A stretch of DNA of 63,055 bases, filler included, from Choristocarpus tenellus KU-1152 (Eukaryota; Protista; Phaeophyceae): assembly GCA_964200185.2 (NCBI GenBank). It is 11 parts of 11 records of this genome, joined end to end, with 100 filler letters (N's around TTAATTAATTAA, not from the genome) between each part and the next. Parts side by side here need not be neighbours in the genome. Positions count along the whole stretch, not along the records: positions 37,746 to 41,661 come from CAXNAD020017166.1; positions 41,762 to 55,300 come from CAXNAD020001456.1; 9 more parts are not named here. One strand, 5' to 3'. The notes below the pieces were generated by a model. The model saw only the letters and a program-made list of their open reading frames with translations, made no database searches and was not told the DNA's origin. Below, piece by piece: positions 40,112 through 51,660 of the stretch. Numbering within the stretch: the first letter of the stretch is position 1; each line of letters starts with the position of its first letter. Position numbers and translations under genes: made by a program.

Positions 40112-40570
40112 GTGTGTGGGGGGCGGCAACGATTTCGTTTGATCGTCGTGTACATGTATGCCCTGCATTGGCTTGCTTGCTTGAATTGAAAGCGTGTTCG
40201 TGATCAACCTCTCTCTTCAACACCGTTATTCTATGGTTTCCGTCCAGTGTGTATCCTTGAACGGCAAGCACGGTGTCGTGGTGAGCTGGTCCCTGTTGCC
40301 TAAGCAGTCTCGTTGGATGACGATGGACGGAGAAAACTGCTCGAGCCAGCCCTTTTTACGGATAGACTTGCTGACACGCGCAAGGCCACGCTCGCTCAGG
40401 GGCCGCACCATCTCCGTGCACGTGATATTGCCCAGTTTCATCTTGTATATGCCGAGATAGTGCTGTTCGAGGAGCGAGGACATGCCCTTGGCATTGCTGT
40501 CCGACGCTCTCGATCCGTGGGCAGCGCCATTGGCGCGCAGGGAGATCGTTGTTGAGCGAAAGTTGGACAT
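40110..40570 (-). pseudogene. ParB/Sulfiredoxin-like N-terminal domain, frameshifted and truncated by repeat D
   Basis: ATG at 40570; MVRPLSERGLARVSKSIRKKGWLEQFSPSIVI, then after a frameshift near 40272 GYTLDGNHRITVLK (the ParB/Srx DGxHR motif). Confidence 0.7.
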
Positions 40571-40883
40571 GGCGAAGATTGGGAAGGTGTGAAGAGGATA
40601 GATAAGAAAGAGCTGCTGGTGGTATGTGCGGAAGGGAAGGAATGGAAATGAGGAGTGAGGACTGGTAGGTGCTGCTTTTTTTCATCTGGTCTGTCGGTCC
40701 CCAAGAAACTCAGATTTCTCTTTCCATTGATAATTGTGCTCCAAAAAATATGAGTATCGAACAGCATTTTCATATTTAAAACAGATAGAGAGTATCATTT
40801 TTTTGTGACCTTTCGTTTCGGAACATTTCAAACATATTAGATCAATTAAGTATGTGGTTTATATTTTTATCTATTGAAATTAA

Positions 40884-41210
40884 GAATAGAATCTAATTTT
40901 TATTTCATCACAACGAGAATACACGTATTTTCCAGAACATGGATTTCATGTTGGTCCGACGGGTCACTTCAAACTCAAACATCGTATACCCAGCTTCGAA
41001 TTCAATTCAATCGTGCCCAAGACCACCTGTTGCCTGAAACCAGAATAGAATCTAGTTTTTATTTCATCAAAGCGAGAATAAACGCGTTTTCCAGAACACG
41101 GATTTCATTTTGGTCTGACGGGTCTCTTCAAACTCAAACATCATACGCCCGGCTTCGAATTCAATTCACTCCTAGACCTTCTCACTGCCCAAGACTGCCT
41201 GTTGTCTGAA
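40884..41210. repeat. Tandem pair of ~158-bp units upstream of the ParB-like ORF
   Basis: agaatagaatcta(a/g)tttttatttcatca...cttcgaattcaattca...tgtt occurs twice. Confidence 0.9.
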
Positions 41211-41761
41211 AACACCATGACAGTTGCTCCCATCAATACATAACAGTGGATCGAGATAATGGCGGATGGATTATTTCATGGAGGATGGATTTTTCCCAAA
41301 ATGGTGCGCGGAAANNNNNNNNNNTTGCGGCACTTTTTAAGGGCCCCTTTTTGAATGGGAATCCATGCTGAAGGCGGTAGTAGGACATACTTTTTTGATG
41401 ATAATAACAGTACCTACCCCGATTTTGTGCCAAATATTATGAACCAAATCGAAAAGTATGCAATGTTGTACCGCTTTTTTCGACATGCTAAAAAAATAGG
41501 CTTTTGTATCGGAATTCTCGTATTCGGACGATTTGGCACAAAATCCCAGAGATATTCACGTGAGTTTGGTGCGCGTGTAAAAATTCTCCTTTCTTCCTGA
41601 GTCATGCTACCATACAGCAGTACAGTACGTTGCTGGTAGGGGAATAAAGTGGAAGCCATGCNNNNNNNNNNNNNNNNNNNNNNNNNNNNNNNNNNNNNNN
41701 NNNNNTTAATTAATTAANNNNNNNNNNNNNNNNNNNNNNNNNNNNNNNNNNNNNNNNNNNN

Positions 41762-41846
41762 CAATAGTCAAAATTACATAAAAACCGCAACATTGGATTT
41801 TGGTCCCCAAATGGACGAGACCCTACCCTCTAAGATACTTTGGCTC
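41762..41846. mobile_element. MITE family A right end at contig start
   Basis: ...ccctaccctctaagatactttggctc. Confidence 0.85.
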
Positions 41847-44559
41847 TATTGTCCCCACTGAAACCTTTGGTCTTGGTATAGACAGCCCCCATCTGTGGTT
41901 CCGTGTGTCTTCCTCTCTTCTAAACCCACCTCACTCACTGCTTCCCCATCCGTGTTTGTAGGCGAGGACATGGCGATGATTCACCTCATTTGTTGTCATT
42001 TTAAGATCAAGCACTCGGCCTTAGGTTAGGAGTTTCAGATGATGGCGAAGGATTTGTAGGCTGCAAGCTTTGTGGTTGCACAGGCAGACGAGGTGAGTGT
42101 GATAAAATCATAGTATGAGCATATTTTCGTTCTCTCCTGTGGTGTTCAAGGGTAGTCCAAGGTATTCTGCTGCACAGAGAGCATGACATCTCGGAGTGCT
42201 TGGGGTTACATTTTCGTCTTCTTCGTATGAAAGGATGGCGAATTTTCCCAGTTTGGCCCTGACGGTGGACAATACCTATGGGTGGCGACATGATGTATTA
42301 CCCAGGATGTAATTTAGTGTTGATTCCTACAGTGGTTTGTTGTGTGTGTGTACTATAGTTGCTCTTCAAGAAAGTGTGCAGGACCTGTACTCCTTGTGTA
42401 CTTTACTTTGCAGTGTGATAGGAGGAAGGTAGGTGAAACTGTCACAAGAAGAAAATAAGCAATAGATGGTTGTAATTGTAGTCAGAGACACACACCCTTT
42501 CTCTTGGATGTATGTGTAATCCTTCCCAGGCTAGAGTCAAAAGGAAGTTGAAACCAGGCATGGTCACAAAGGTTGTACCTTACATGAATGTATATTTTGA
42601 TATTTTCATTTTTTCATTTTTTCCAATTCAACATTTCAAAATTACACATGGCCCACAACCTCCCTCCCCCCCCATAAACTAATATCGAAAGTATATTAGC
42701 ACCAATCCCTATTGAGCTTCAAAGCGTGTATTAGTTCAATTTACAGACGGTCAGGTCTTCCATCTTCCACGCACATAGCCCTCCCCTGTCCTCTCCAATA
42801 CCCCTGGAAGAGGGTGACCGCTACATGACATAATTCCCCCTTTCTCTTGAATTTTTGTCTTTGCTACAAGCTTATCCCAGATCTTGCTTATTAGAATGAA
42901 CGGCATAACATCACCACTCTCTTGTATCCCCTACGCAACTGAGACACGCAAGAATGAGCCCTACCTTCCTCTCCGATGATACGACGTTGATAGCCTACAA
43001 GTGGAACTACCGTAGTACGAGGTTGTTCTCCTTCCTTTCATGACCATACCATGACTCCTTGATGACAGGGATGGTTTATAATTTTGGTGCTCGTGAAGGT
43101 GGGAGATGGGCACCCCTTGTAGCCGTGAACTTGATGAGGACAAACCCAGTACCCCTGATAGTCATTTTTCTTTCGCGTGTGCAATGGCCTTGATCACCCC
43201 ATGAGGTTCGTTCACATGGCCCTTCCTCCTGCCACAGGTTGTGGATGAGCATGACCTCAACCTCTCAGCTGATTGCTGATTAATTAGACAAGGGTTGTGC
43301 TATCTTGTGAAAACATTTGTTATCAATAGTTACCTGTTCTGACTGTTTTAAAACATATATGCTCCGAGAAAACATATTTTGAGCTATATGGAATTGCAAA
43401 GTGTCTCATTTTCGTTTGCGTAAGTAATGAAATAGATAGTGCTCTGGTAGGAGTATACACTTATAATCTTATTTACGTATTTCAGGTTCGGTCGATCTAA
43501 CATAGTTGTATTTTTGAAGAATTGAATGTTGCAACGTCTGTGGAACAGGTATTGCACATGACAGCTGCATCAAGCATATCACTGTACCGTTCTATGTTGC
43601 AGACACAAAACATCTACCACAGCACATGTGTTGAATACGAGTTTGTTAGTACTGTACAGTAATCTAGTAAAACATGGATAGGTCTTCCCTCTCTTCCCTG
43701 CAATACATGCGGCCACACACGCACTGTTTATACCTGATGATTCCCTCCACATATTTCGTGGAGAGGGAGCCCTCATTTCATGGGTAGTAAGGTATACTTC
43801 GAAGTAATCAGTAGTATATTAGAGAAGATCTGTTGTACAATATGCTATCTCTATTTGTTACCCAAACGTTCTTATTACTGTTTTCACTTTATCTCGTGGA
43901 CCATCCTCAACTGTGGTCAAGGGCACTTCACACTGCGCTGCTCTCAAACTACCTACTTTAACTTATTGTTGCATAACTGACAACTCTTCTGTGTACATTT
44001 ATGCCTTGCTTCTCCGCTTTGGGCTACCAGTCATTGATCTGCCTCCTCCCTTAAATGCTGAACCCGCCTTGATATCCCATTTTGTGTTTCCAGCGGTTTG
44101 TGGAATAGCAACAAATAGGAGTAGTTGTTTCCACATGAAGTTTGGATCACCGAAACAAGATTACCCTGCAAAGGGTCTGTCCTCAAGAGGTTCGAACCAT
44201 CGAAGATACTGCAGAGGTCGTTGCCATCAGCCGCTGAACTACAAGGACGCTCATAGATCTAGTACTTATCAGTTTTGTTCATCACATTCTCCCACCGGCT
44301 GTCCTTGCCAAGTTTGGTGTTCATGAAAAGGTATTATGAAATATCCACCAGTGCTGTGTTGGAATGTGATCGTGTATCTGCATGGATGATTGTGGAGATT
44401 GTACAAATTGTTTTGAGGTCAGACAAGCCCTGCATCAAGGATCCCTATCTTGTTCAACATCTTCACTCCTAAGCGCGATGGTTAGGGAGTTCAAATCTAA
44501 CTTTGTCACCAAAATAACTTCCAGAAACAACTAGGTCAAAGAAGGAGGTGAAACAGGCG

Positions 44560-45195
44560 GTGGAATAGCACTTGAGTGGCTATTGTTGGGGGGGTTGCTC
44601 TATGCTGACAATGTGGGTATTGTATCAAGACTAAACAAAGGAAATTTGACTAGGAGGATGAGAGAGTGATTACAAAATGCCTAGGATATACAGGCGACTT
44701 TGTCTTTGTTGAGGACGGAAGCCATGCACCTTTGACCTCGCAACAAGGCCACAGAAATAATGCAGGCTGACATGTTTGAGCCCCCGCGTAGCGTTGTTTT
44801 AAGGTCGTTGGATTTGAGTTGTACGTCCTGTGGAGGTGAGTTCAGGGGCGCGCTGTAGCATGGAGGTCCTACCGAGACTTCCACCCTGTAGCACCTGCGT
44901 TATGGCGGAACCACAGAAGTATCACTTGAGCTAAGAAATTACACGGCACTAGAGACCAAAGTACTTGGGGTCAAACACTCCATCATCAGGTCCATTATGT
45001 GAGGCTTACTCTCAGCATTACAAACTCCTCTTATGGTCCATCAGATTTTGCGAGCAGGAACACACTGTACTCCAGCGACGCTGGAGGGAATACAGTGTGT
45101 GACATTTCAAGGTGACTATGCTAAAACGGAGACCACTGTTATTCATAGGATAAGTTGCACTCATGAAGGATGAGCAGCTCCCAACGATATTGATG
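44560..45195 (+). mobile_element. Highly decayed RTE-like LINE reverse-transcriptase fragment
   Basis: GLLYADNVGIVSR (YADD-like), KYLGS, MKDEQLPTILMEG; frameshifts and stops. Confidence 0.6.
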
Positions 45196-45637
45196 GAGGG
45201 AAAGCATCGCAGAGGGTACGTGTTTTGCCGTGTTTGTAGCTCAAAATATCTGGGGTGTGTGTGGCGGCTGTCCATTTGGGAGTCATTTTTTTCATGTCGC
45301 TACTTTTGTGTGATTTGGTTGGACATCTCGGATGGAAAATGTAAGTCCACTTTCCTGGTTATGACCAAATGGACACCCTGGTGCAGACCCTTCCCCCCCC
45401 CCAGATACTTTAGGTCCTTGTCCATTTGGGACTTGGCTTTTCATGTTTTTTTATTACATTTTCCTACTCCAAAATGTTTTGGAGTAGATAAAATATATAT
45501 CTTACGAAAAAAGTGTGTCCGGAACAAGGATATTGACACTTCCCAACCAACACAATAGCCAAAATTACATCAAAATCGCATCATTGGATTTTGGTCCCCA
45601 AATGGACGCGGACCTACCCTCTAAAAGACTTTGGCTC
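45196..45637. mobile_element. MITE-A copy containing a nested MITE-B (45238-45416)
   Basis: MITE-A left part ...gttttgccgtgtttgt, then a complete MITE-B, then ttgtccatttggg... continuing MITE-A to ctttggctc; TTGT duplicated. Confidence 0.85.
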
Positions 45638-46255
45638 ATGCTTACTTGCAAATGGAAAGCGGAAGCAAGGTACGTAGGAGAAGAGCTGGCGAATATACCT
45701 TCAAAACGTGGAGAAGTTTAGGGTCACAACTGAGGAATAGAGTACAAGGGTGACAAACCAACACGCGTGGTAAATGCGTATTCTTGATGGAATAGAAGTT
45801 TGCGGACAAGTGACATGTCAGAGAAGTTGTAATAAACCGAAAAACATCATGCTGGAGAGCAGTAACTAAGGCAGCCCAACACAGATATTACCACATGCGT
45901 GTACACTCATCACTACCAGTCGAATGTTGATTTGCTCATTGTCTTTTTCCGTTAGGGTTGAATATAGTTGTGTTGTGTTCCGCTTTCCTTTGTATGAAAT
46001 GCGTTGAGTGGTATTGGGATTGGATGAACAAGTTGTGACACTCCCATTTTTTTGGAGATCGTAAGATCTGTTGATGTTTTAAGGACATTAATGGCGTCCT
46101 ATTCCAGATATTTAGTACTACAATTGTGCGCTAAACTGAATTTCTATTCTACGGTTCATTTTAGTTTTTCGTATTTTTTATTGTATTTTGTATTTCTCAA
46201 CTATTACTTTATAAACTATATCAGATATTAGTCTTTATGTCAACTTGACGTGGTT

Positions 46256-46327
46256 TCCCTCGTAGTCCAACGGTTAGGATATCTGACTTTCACTCAGGAG
46301 ACCCGGGTTCGATTCCCGGCGAGGGAG
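46256..46327 (+). tRNA. tRNA-Glu (anticodon TTC)
   Basis: Acceptor stem TCCCTCG/CGAGGGA, anticodon loop CTTTCAC, T-arm CCGGG-TTCGATT-CCCGG, 72 nt, followed by a T5 Pol III terminator. Confidence 0.96.
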
Positions 46328-47057
46328 ACATTTTTGCGCCTTCATTGGTTGGTCATTGGTGACGTCTTCAATTTGTGACTGGACAAATTCTGAGGGTTCG
46401 AACCCCATCCATACCTGATAAGATACAATGAATGGAATTATGGTTTCGATCATCGTCCGAACTCCTTCTGAGTTCCAACCACTACAAATTTGATGTATGC
46501 TGCACCAAGGTACTCCATGGACTGAAGATCTGAAGTCCATTGACCTTTCTAGACCTCGGTGTGTGTATGTGTGAGACATGTGTGTGTGTGTGTGTGAGAG
46601 AGAGAGACTGGGGGGGGAGGCTTATATGAAGGAGCTCAACCTGGCAAAGAAATCGGACCAAGGCCCACCCACCCTAGAACAAGTTCTCGCTCTGCAGATT
46701 ATGGCGGAATAACCTCAGATTAGTCACAGAGTCACTTCCATCCTTATCCTAGGAGCAATTGAAGAAAGAGCACAGCAGCCTTTATCAAACCTCTACAAAG
46801 AGCAATCCGCGCCATCTTCAACCAACAACATTATATCTGATCTTTCATAGAACAATCCATTCAACAAAGTGTTTGTTTCTTTTTTCTTCAGTCAAATCCG
46901 TCCAAACCGCAAGAAACAGAAGTGTTGGAGGCATCATTTGTCCCGTCAACTCACATAACTAACCCCTGTTTGGAAGTGATTTGTGTTACTGCATGGTGCA
47001 AGCGTTGTTATTGCAACTATTATTTTACTTTATTTTACTTTTATTGTTAGGCCCTCT

Positions 47058-47315
47058 GAGCCAAACTATCTTAGAGGGTAGAGCCGCGTCCATTTGGGGG
47101 CCAAAATCCAATGTTGCGATTTCATTGTTATTTTGGCTATCATGTTTGTTAGCATGTGTCAATATCCATGTTCCGGACACGTTTTCATAATACATACAAT
47201 TTACCTGCTCCTAAACATTTTTGAGGAGGAAAAATGTCATAAAAGAACCCATGTAGGGCCAAGCCCCAAATGGACAAACAGGGCAAAACTTGTACCCTCT
47301 AAGATACTTTTACTC
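47058..47315. mobile_element. MITE family A copy
   Basis: Full TIRs; 4-bp TSD CTCT at 47054-47057 and 47316-47319. Confidence 0.92.
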
Positions 47316-47323
47316 CTCTGTCT

Positions 47324-47506
47324 GGGTCAAAGTATCAGGGGGGGGGATTGGTGGCTGTCCATTCGGGGCCCATTTTTCCATGTCGCGATTTTTGGGTTGA
47401 TTTGGTTGCATGCGACGGATGGATAGTGTAAGTGCACCTCTCCTGGTCAGGACCCGAATGGACACCCTGGTGTAGACCCCCCTCCCCCCTCCAGACACTT
47501 TGAGCC
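47324..47506. mobile_element. MITE family B copy
   Basis: gggtcaaagtatcaggg...ccagacactttgagcc; flanks gtct/ctct. Confidence 0.88.
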
Positions 47507-49599
47507 CTCTGACATTTTGGAGATATGTCAGGGGAAAAAATAATGAAAACTATTCACATGTCAGAAAAATCCCTAAAAATGTAACAGTTATTGTAAAATG
47601 TGAAAGACATTAGGTTTAATCTATTTACTATTTTACTACCAGCTATGCTGTACCGCTGCCTTCCTGTGCCTCCAACCTAGCTTAGTCCTGCACCCATAAC
47701 TATTATTATAACTATTATTATAGCTGTTGTGGAAATTTGTGGTGTTTCCATGGTGTGGATAATGTGCTTGTGTGGAGGTCAAATAAATGATAATGACTTG
47801 GTCAAACTTGAACTTCCCCGAGGTGGCCTTGTGTATACTTCAAAGTAGAACAGGTACTGAATTACTACTTTCAGCTCCAAGTGAGAGATTTTTTTATAGT
47901 GATGTTTATGCATTTTATACGCAGGCACCTCCCAAAGGACCATAGAGATAGTCCTGGTGTGACACGAAAGTATTCCTGCCCCCCTCCTCCCCCTCCCTTC
48001 CCTGACTACTGAAAAATGTTTTGTGCAAGTCTTGAGTGCATGCACGTTGGGTGTTCATACAATTTGTGTCCTTGTGCGTGTAACAGAAAAAGTGACTGCA
48101 AGGCAAGAATTGTTTGAGCAATATACTGGGCATGATCTGGGTTGCAAGTCTAGAAATTGCCCCCTTCCCCCCATTTGCTATGTCCTCTTACCCCTTCCTT
48201 TAATAATTCTTGAAGTAGGACGTTCTACATCTGATGCCAGTCCTCTACCCAAGTCAGATGGTTTGTTTTCCTCATTTGCTCTTTAATTCCTCTCTTCTGA
48301 ATTTTGATTTGGTTTGATTCAACCCACACCAGATAACCCTAAATCTGTATCGATTTAACTCACTGTCTTAATCCTTACCATACTCCTGCCTCTATCCCCA
48401 CTTCTTCATTCCTAAGCCTACTTCACCCCTGTCCCTTATTCTGCACCGTTTCTACAGGAATTTGACTTCACCACCAACATCTTTGTCGTGCATCCTGGGG
48501 CCTCTGAAACTGCTGGCCATGGGTGTACTTGATACTGTTAGTGGTTGGGCTCCTAATGATAAATCATATATTACCAGTTCCACGAGCCAGAATCCATCAT
48601 CAGCAGTAATGGAGTATTGGTCTCTGCTGTGCCTGCATCATCCACCAGTTTTAAGGCGATGTGACACACTAGTGGGTGATACAGGTGGAAAGGAATATTG
48701 TATTTAAATGCTGCTGATGAATTCTACCTCAACGAGTTTAACACTTCAGGACTAAAGATGGCGATGGGGCTGGTATGATTGCTGCTAGGCTGAGGATGGG
48801 CCTGTTGGTGTGGCTGTGGTGGGTGGATCTGGGGCTATTGGTATGCCCCCGACAAGCAGGGGGTACAAACAGAACCTATTTTTGTGGTAAGATGTGTTGC
48901 CAACCCCATGCAGGCAGCAGGATACCGAGGTATGACCTTTTTAAACGAGGAACACAAATGCCTTGGAATTTTTCCTTTCTTCTAATGCTAAGTTTGTCTA
49001 AGTGTTTGAGTTCTGTGCTTCTATTTCATGACTAGTGAGACCGCCTCTTATGGTACACGAGGAAGACTATGGCACCTAGGAATCGCCAATCGTGCACGCG
49101 TGGTGCTACGTGCATCTTGGTTCTTGATTTGGCATCGTGGAGGGAGTATCTCTGTATGTGTATGAATGGTTGACAAATTGGACCAATTGTTAGGTTGTTT
49201 TTCTTAACATTTATTTATTGGAAGTGTTTATTTGCAATGAATGAGAATGTGATTAGCAAAACCCTTCTTTTGAGTTTGAAACTTGAATGTACATGTTTAT
49301 ATTGGACAAGAATAAGATAGTTCACTGCTTTAACTCGTTGTTGAATATGACAACCCTTACGCCCACATGTAGGTACTTCCTATGTTATGCCCAACGGAGA
49401 ATCAGGAGATGAATAAATCATCTACAGCCCAAAGCAAAACTCCTTGCATGAACACATTAGTGGCTTTTGGAAGCCTTGTTTTTGTATACTGTAAGCAACA
49501 GCCAAATGTAGTGTTTCCAACTCTAGTTTGCATGTGTCTAATTGGAGCAATCCTGTTGGCTGGCCACTGATTGCTATGATCACAGTAATGATATGCGTC

Positions 49600-50480
49600 C
49601 CACCTTAAATATCTGTTTTTCACAAGCAAGACTGCTGCCCAAGACTCTAGTGGAAACCCTCAAGACACGATATATCAGAGACCAGAATACCATACTTGAT
49701 GTCATAGTGGGGTAGTAATAGGATAATGTGATTCAGTACTGTCTATCAACACCTCTCAATGTTGAACATCCAACCTAGAGTTCCTGGATCTGGTATGCTC
49801 TTTTTCCACAAACCCAATGAAGCGATGTGACTTGATTCCTTTCCTCCACTCCCTACTCTGCATGGTGCCTTCTCTGTCTACATTTCCGGTTGCCCAGCGC
49901 ACAACACATACCAGGAGGATAGGTCCTCCAGAGCGACGACGTGGGAAACGGAAGTCAAGATCAAGGTCGAACAGCCAGGGTAGGGTCACCCCCTCACCTG
50001 GCTGTTCGATCTTGATGTTGGCTCTGCTGCAGTTTCCGAAGTCTTCTCTCTAGACCTATGGACCACATCTTCCTGGTGTGACCCTACCAGGACTGTTTGA
50101 TCTTGACCTTGGCTCTGCTGCCGTTTCCCAAGTCGTTGCCCTGGACCTGTGGGCCCTATCATCCTGGTATGTGTTATGCGCTGGGTAACCGGAAATGTAG
50201 ACAGAGCCGGCATCGTGCAGAGTAGGGAGAGGAGGAAAAGAATCAAGTCACATCGCTTCATTGGGTTTGTGGCAAAAGAGCATACCAGATTTAGGAACTC
50301 TAGGTCGGATGGTCAACACCGAGAGGTATTGATAGACAGTACTGAATCACATTCCTTTTACTGCCTCAATATGACATCAAGTAGTATTGTATGGTGGTCT
50401 CTAATATGTATAATGTTATGAGGGTTTTCACTAGAATCTTGGGCAGTAGTTTTGCTTGCGACAATAAATGTCCAAGGTGG
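49600..50480. repeat. ~880-bp imperfect inverted repeat (arms ~49600-49989 and ~50078-50480)
   Basis: Arms are diverged reverse complements along their length, e.g. aaacccaatgaagcgatgtgacttgattc vs gaatcaagtcacatcgcttcattgggttt. Confidence 0.95.
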
Positions 50481-50617
50481 TTTGGAGTTACTGATAAGAA
50501 TTTGGGTAGGGATCGAACATTTCCTCCAGAGGAAGGGGGCGAGGTTACAGGAGCAAAGAAAGGGGTATAGACCCTGAGAGTCACATCAAAGGTCGATGTA
50601 CTCTCATAGGGACAGGA

Positions 50618-50794
50618 GACCCAAAGTATCTGGGGGGGGGGAGGATCTACACCAGAGTGTCCATTTGAACCAAAACCAGGAAAAGTACACTTTCATTATC
50701 CATCCAATGTATGGAACCAAATCACCCAAAAATCGCAATATGAAAAAAATGGTCCCAAATGGACAGCCGCCACCTCCCCCAGATACTTTGAGCC
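50618..50794. mobile_element. MITE family B copy
   Basis: gacccaaagtatctggg...cccagatactttgagcc; 4-bp TSD AGGA. Confidence 0.92.
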
Positions 50795-51377
50795 AGGAGG
50801 TGCCATATCAGATCTATACCCTATTGTGACGGTTTTCCTAAATCGTTGACACTGATCATCAAATTGCAAATTTCATAACAGACTCTTCATGCCCTTAACA
50901 AAGGTTGACAGTCAGACAATGCTAACTCACAATATGCTGTAGACCACTGGGTGCTGAGGAATGCTTGCATCTTATTACTTCGAGGTGTCCGCTTCTTGCA
51001 TCATGTCACATAGTATGCTTTACTTGTGTTGTACATACCTTTCTAAACTTAAGGACGTGGTGCGGGATTTGAGATATGCTAGTTTGGTGTCGAGAGGACT
51101 GGGGCAGTGTGTTGTCGGGATATCTGGTCCTGCTTGACTTTTCTCATGGCTCAGCTTGCTCATGCTGTAGACTAGATGTTTCATACGGTGTAATACACTA
51201 TTCTGTGAATAGTGCTTGCACCACATGTATGTGAGGATTGAAGTAGAGGTGAATGCGACAAGTCTGAGTTTGTTTGACTTAACGAGTCTGTTCCAAAAAA
51301 TGGAGGTCATGTTTGACAACTTGTGTTCCAGTGTTATTCTGCACCTGCACTTAACAAAAGTATATGTATATACATAA

Positions 51378-51660
51378 GAACAGTCCTGCCAAACTAAGAT
51401 GGTTGACAATATCATGGCACACCCCTTGCTTCATGGCATATTGTGTCAGAAGAGTGGTGTATAACCTAAGATGCATTGCAGTGTAGGACAAGTGTTTGGT
51501 CAGGTGTTGAAATTACTATATTTTGAAGGTGGTGATCCCTTTTCCCCTTGTTACTTCTTCGCCAGACATATTCCAGAGGTCAATGCAACACCCAAGGCTT
51601 TGGAGGGTGTTCAGATTGCTCAGAAATAGGGCTGCGTTGCATACCCTGTCTTCAATACTT
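51378..51660 (-). pseudogene. Possible decayed DEDDy 3'-5' exonuclease fragment, probably transposon-borne
   Basis: PWVL..LEYVWRRSNKGKRDHHLQNIVISTPDQTLVLHC and LTQYAMKQGVCHDIVNHLSLAGL resemble WRN/EXD2-type exonuclease segments; middle part missing. Confidence 0.3.

Noticed and set aside
47780-48700. Possible Copia gag/protease remnants
   Set aside because: Motifs too degenerate and in the wrong order for one strand
49756-50421. Paired similar ORFs (MKRCDLI...) on opposite strands as a toxin-antitoxin or peptide gene pair
   Set aside because: A by-product of the inverted repeat; no coding evidence
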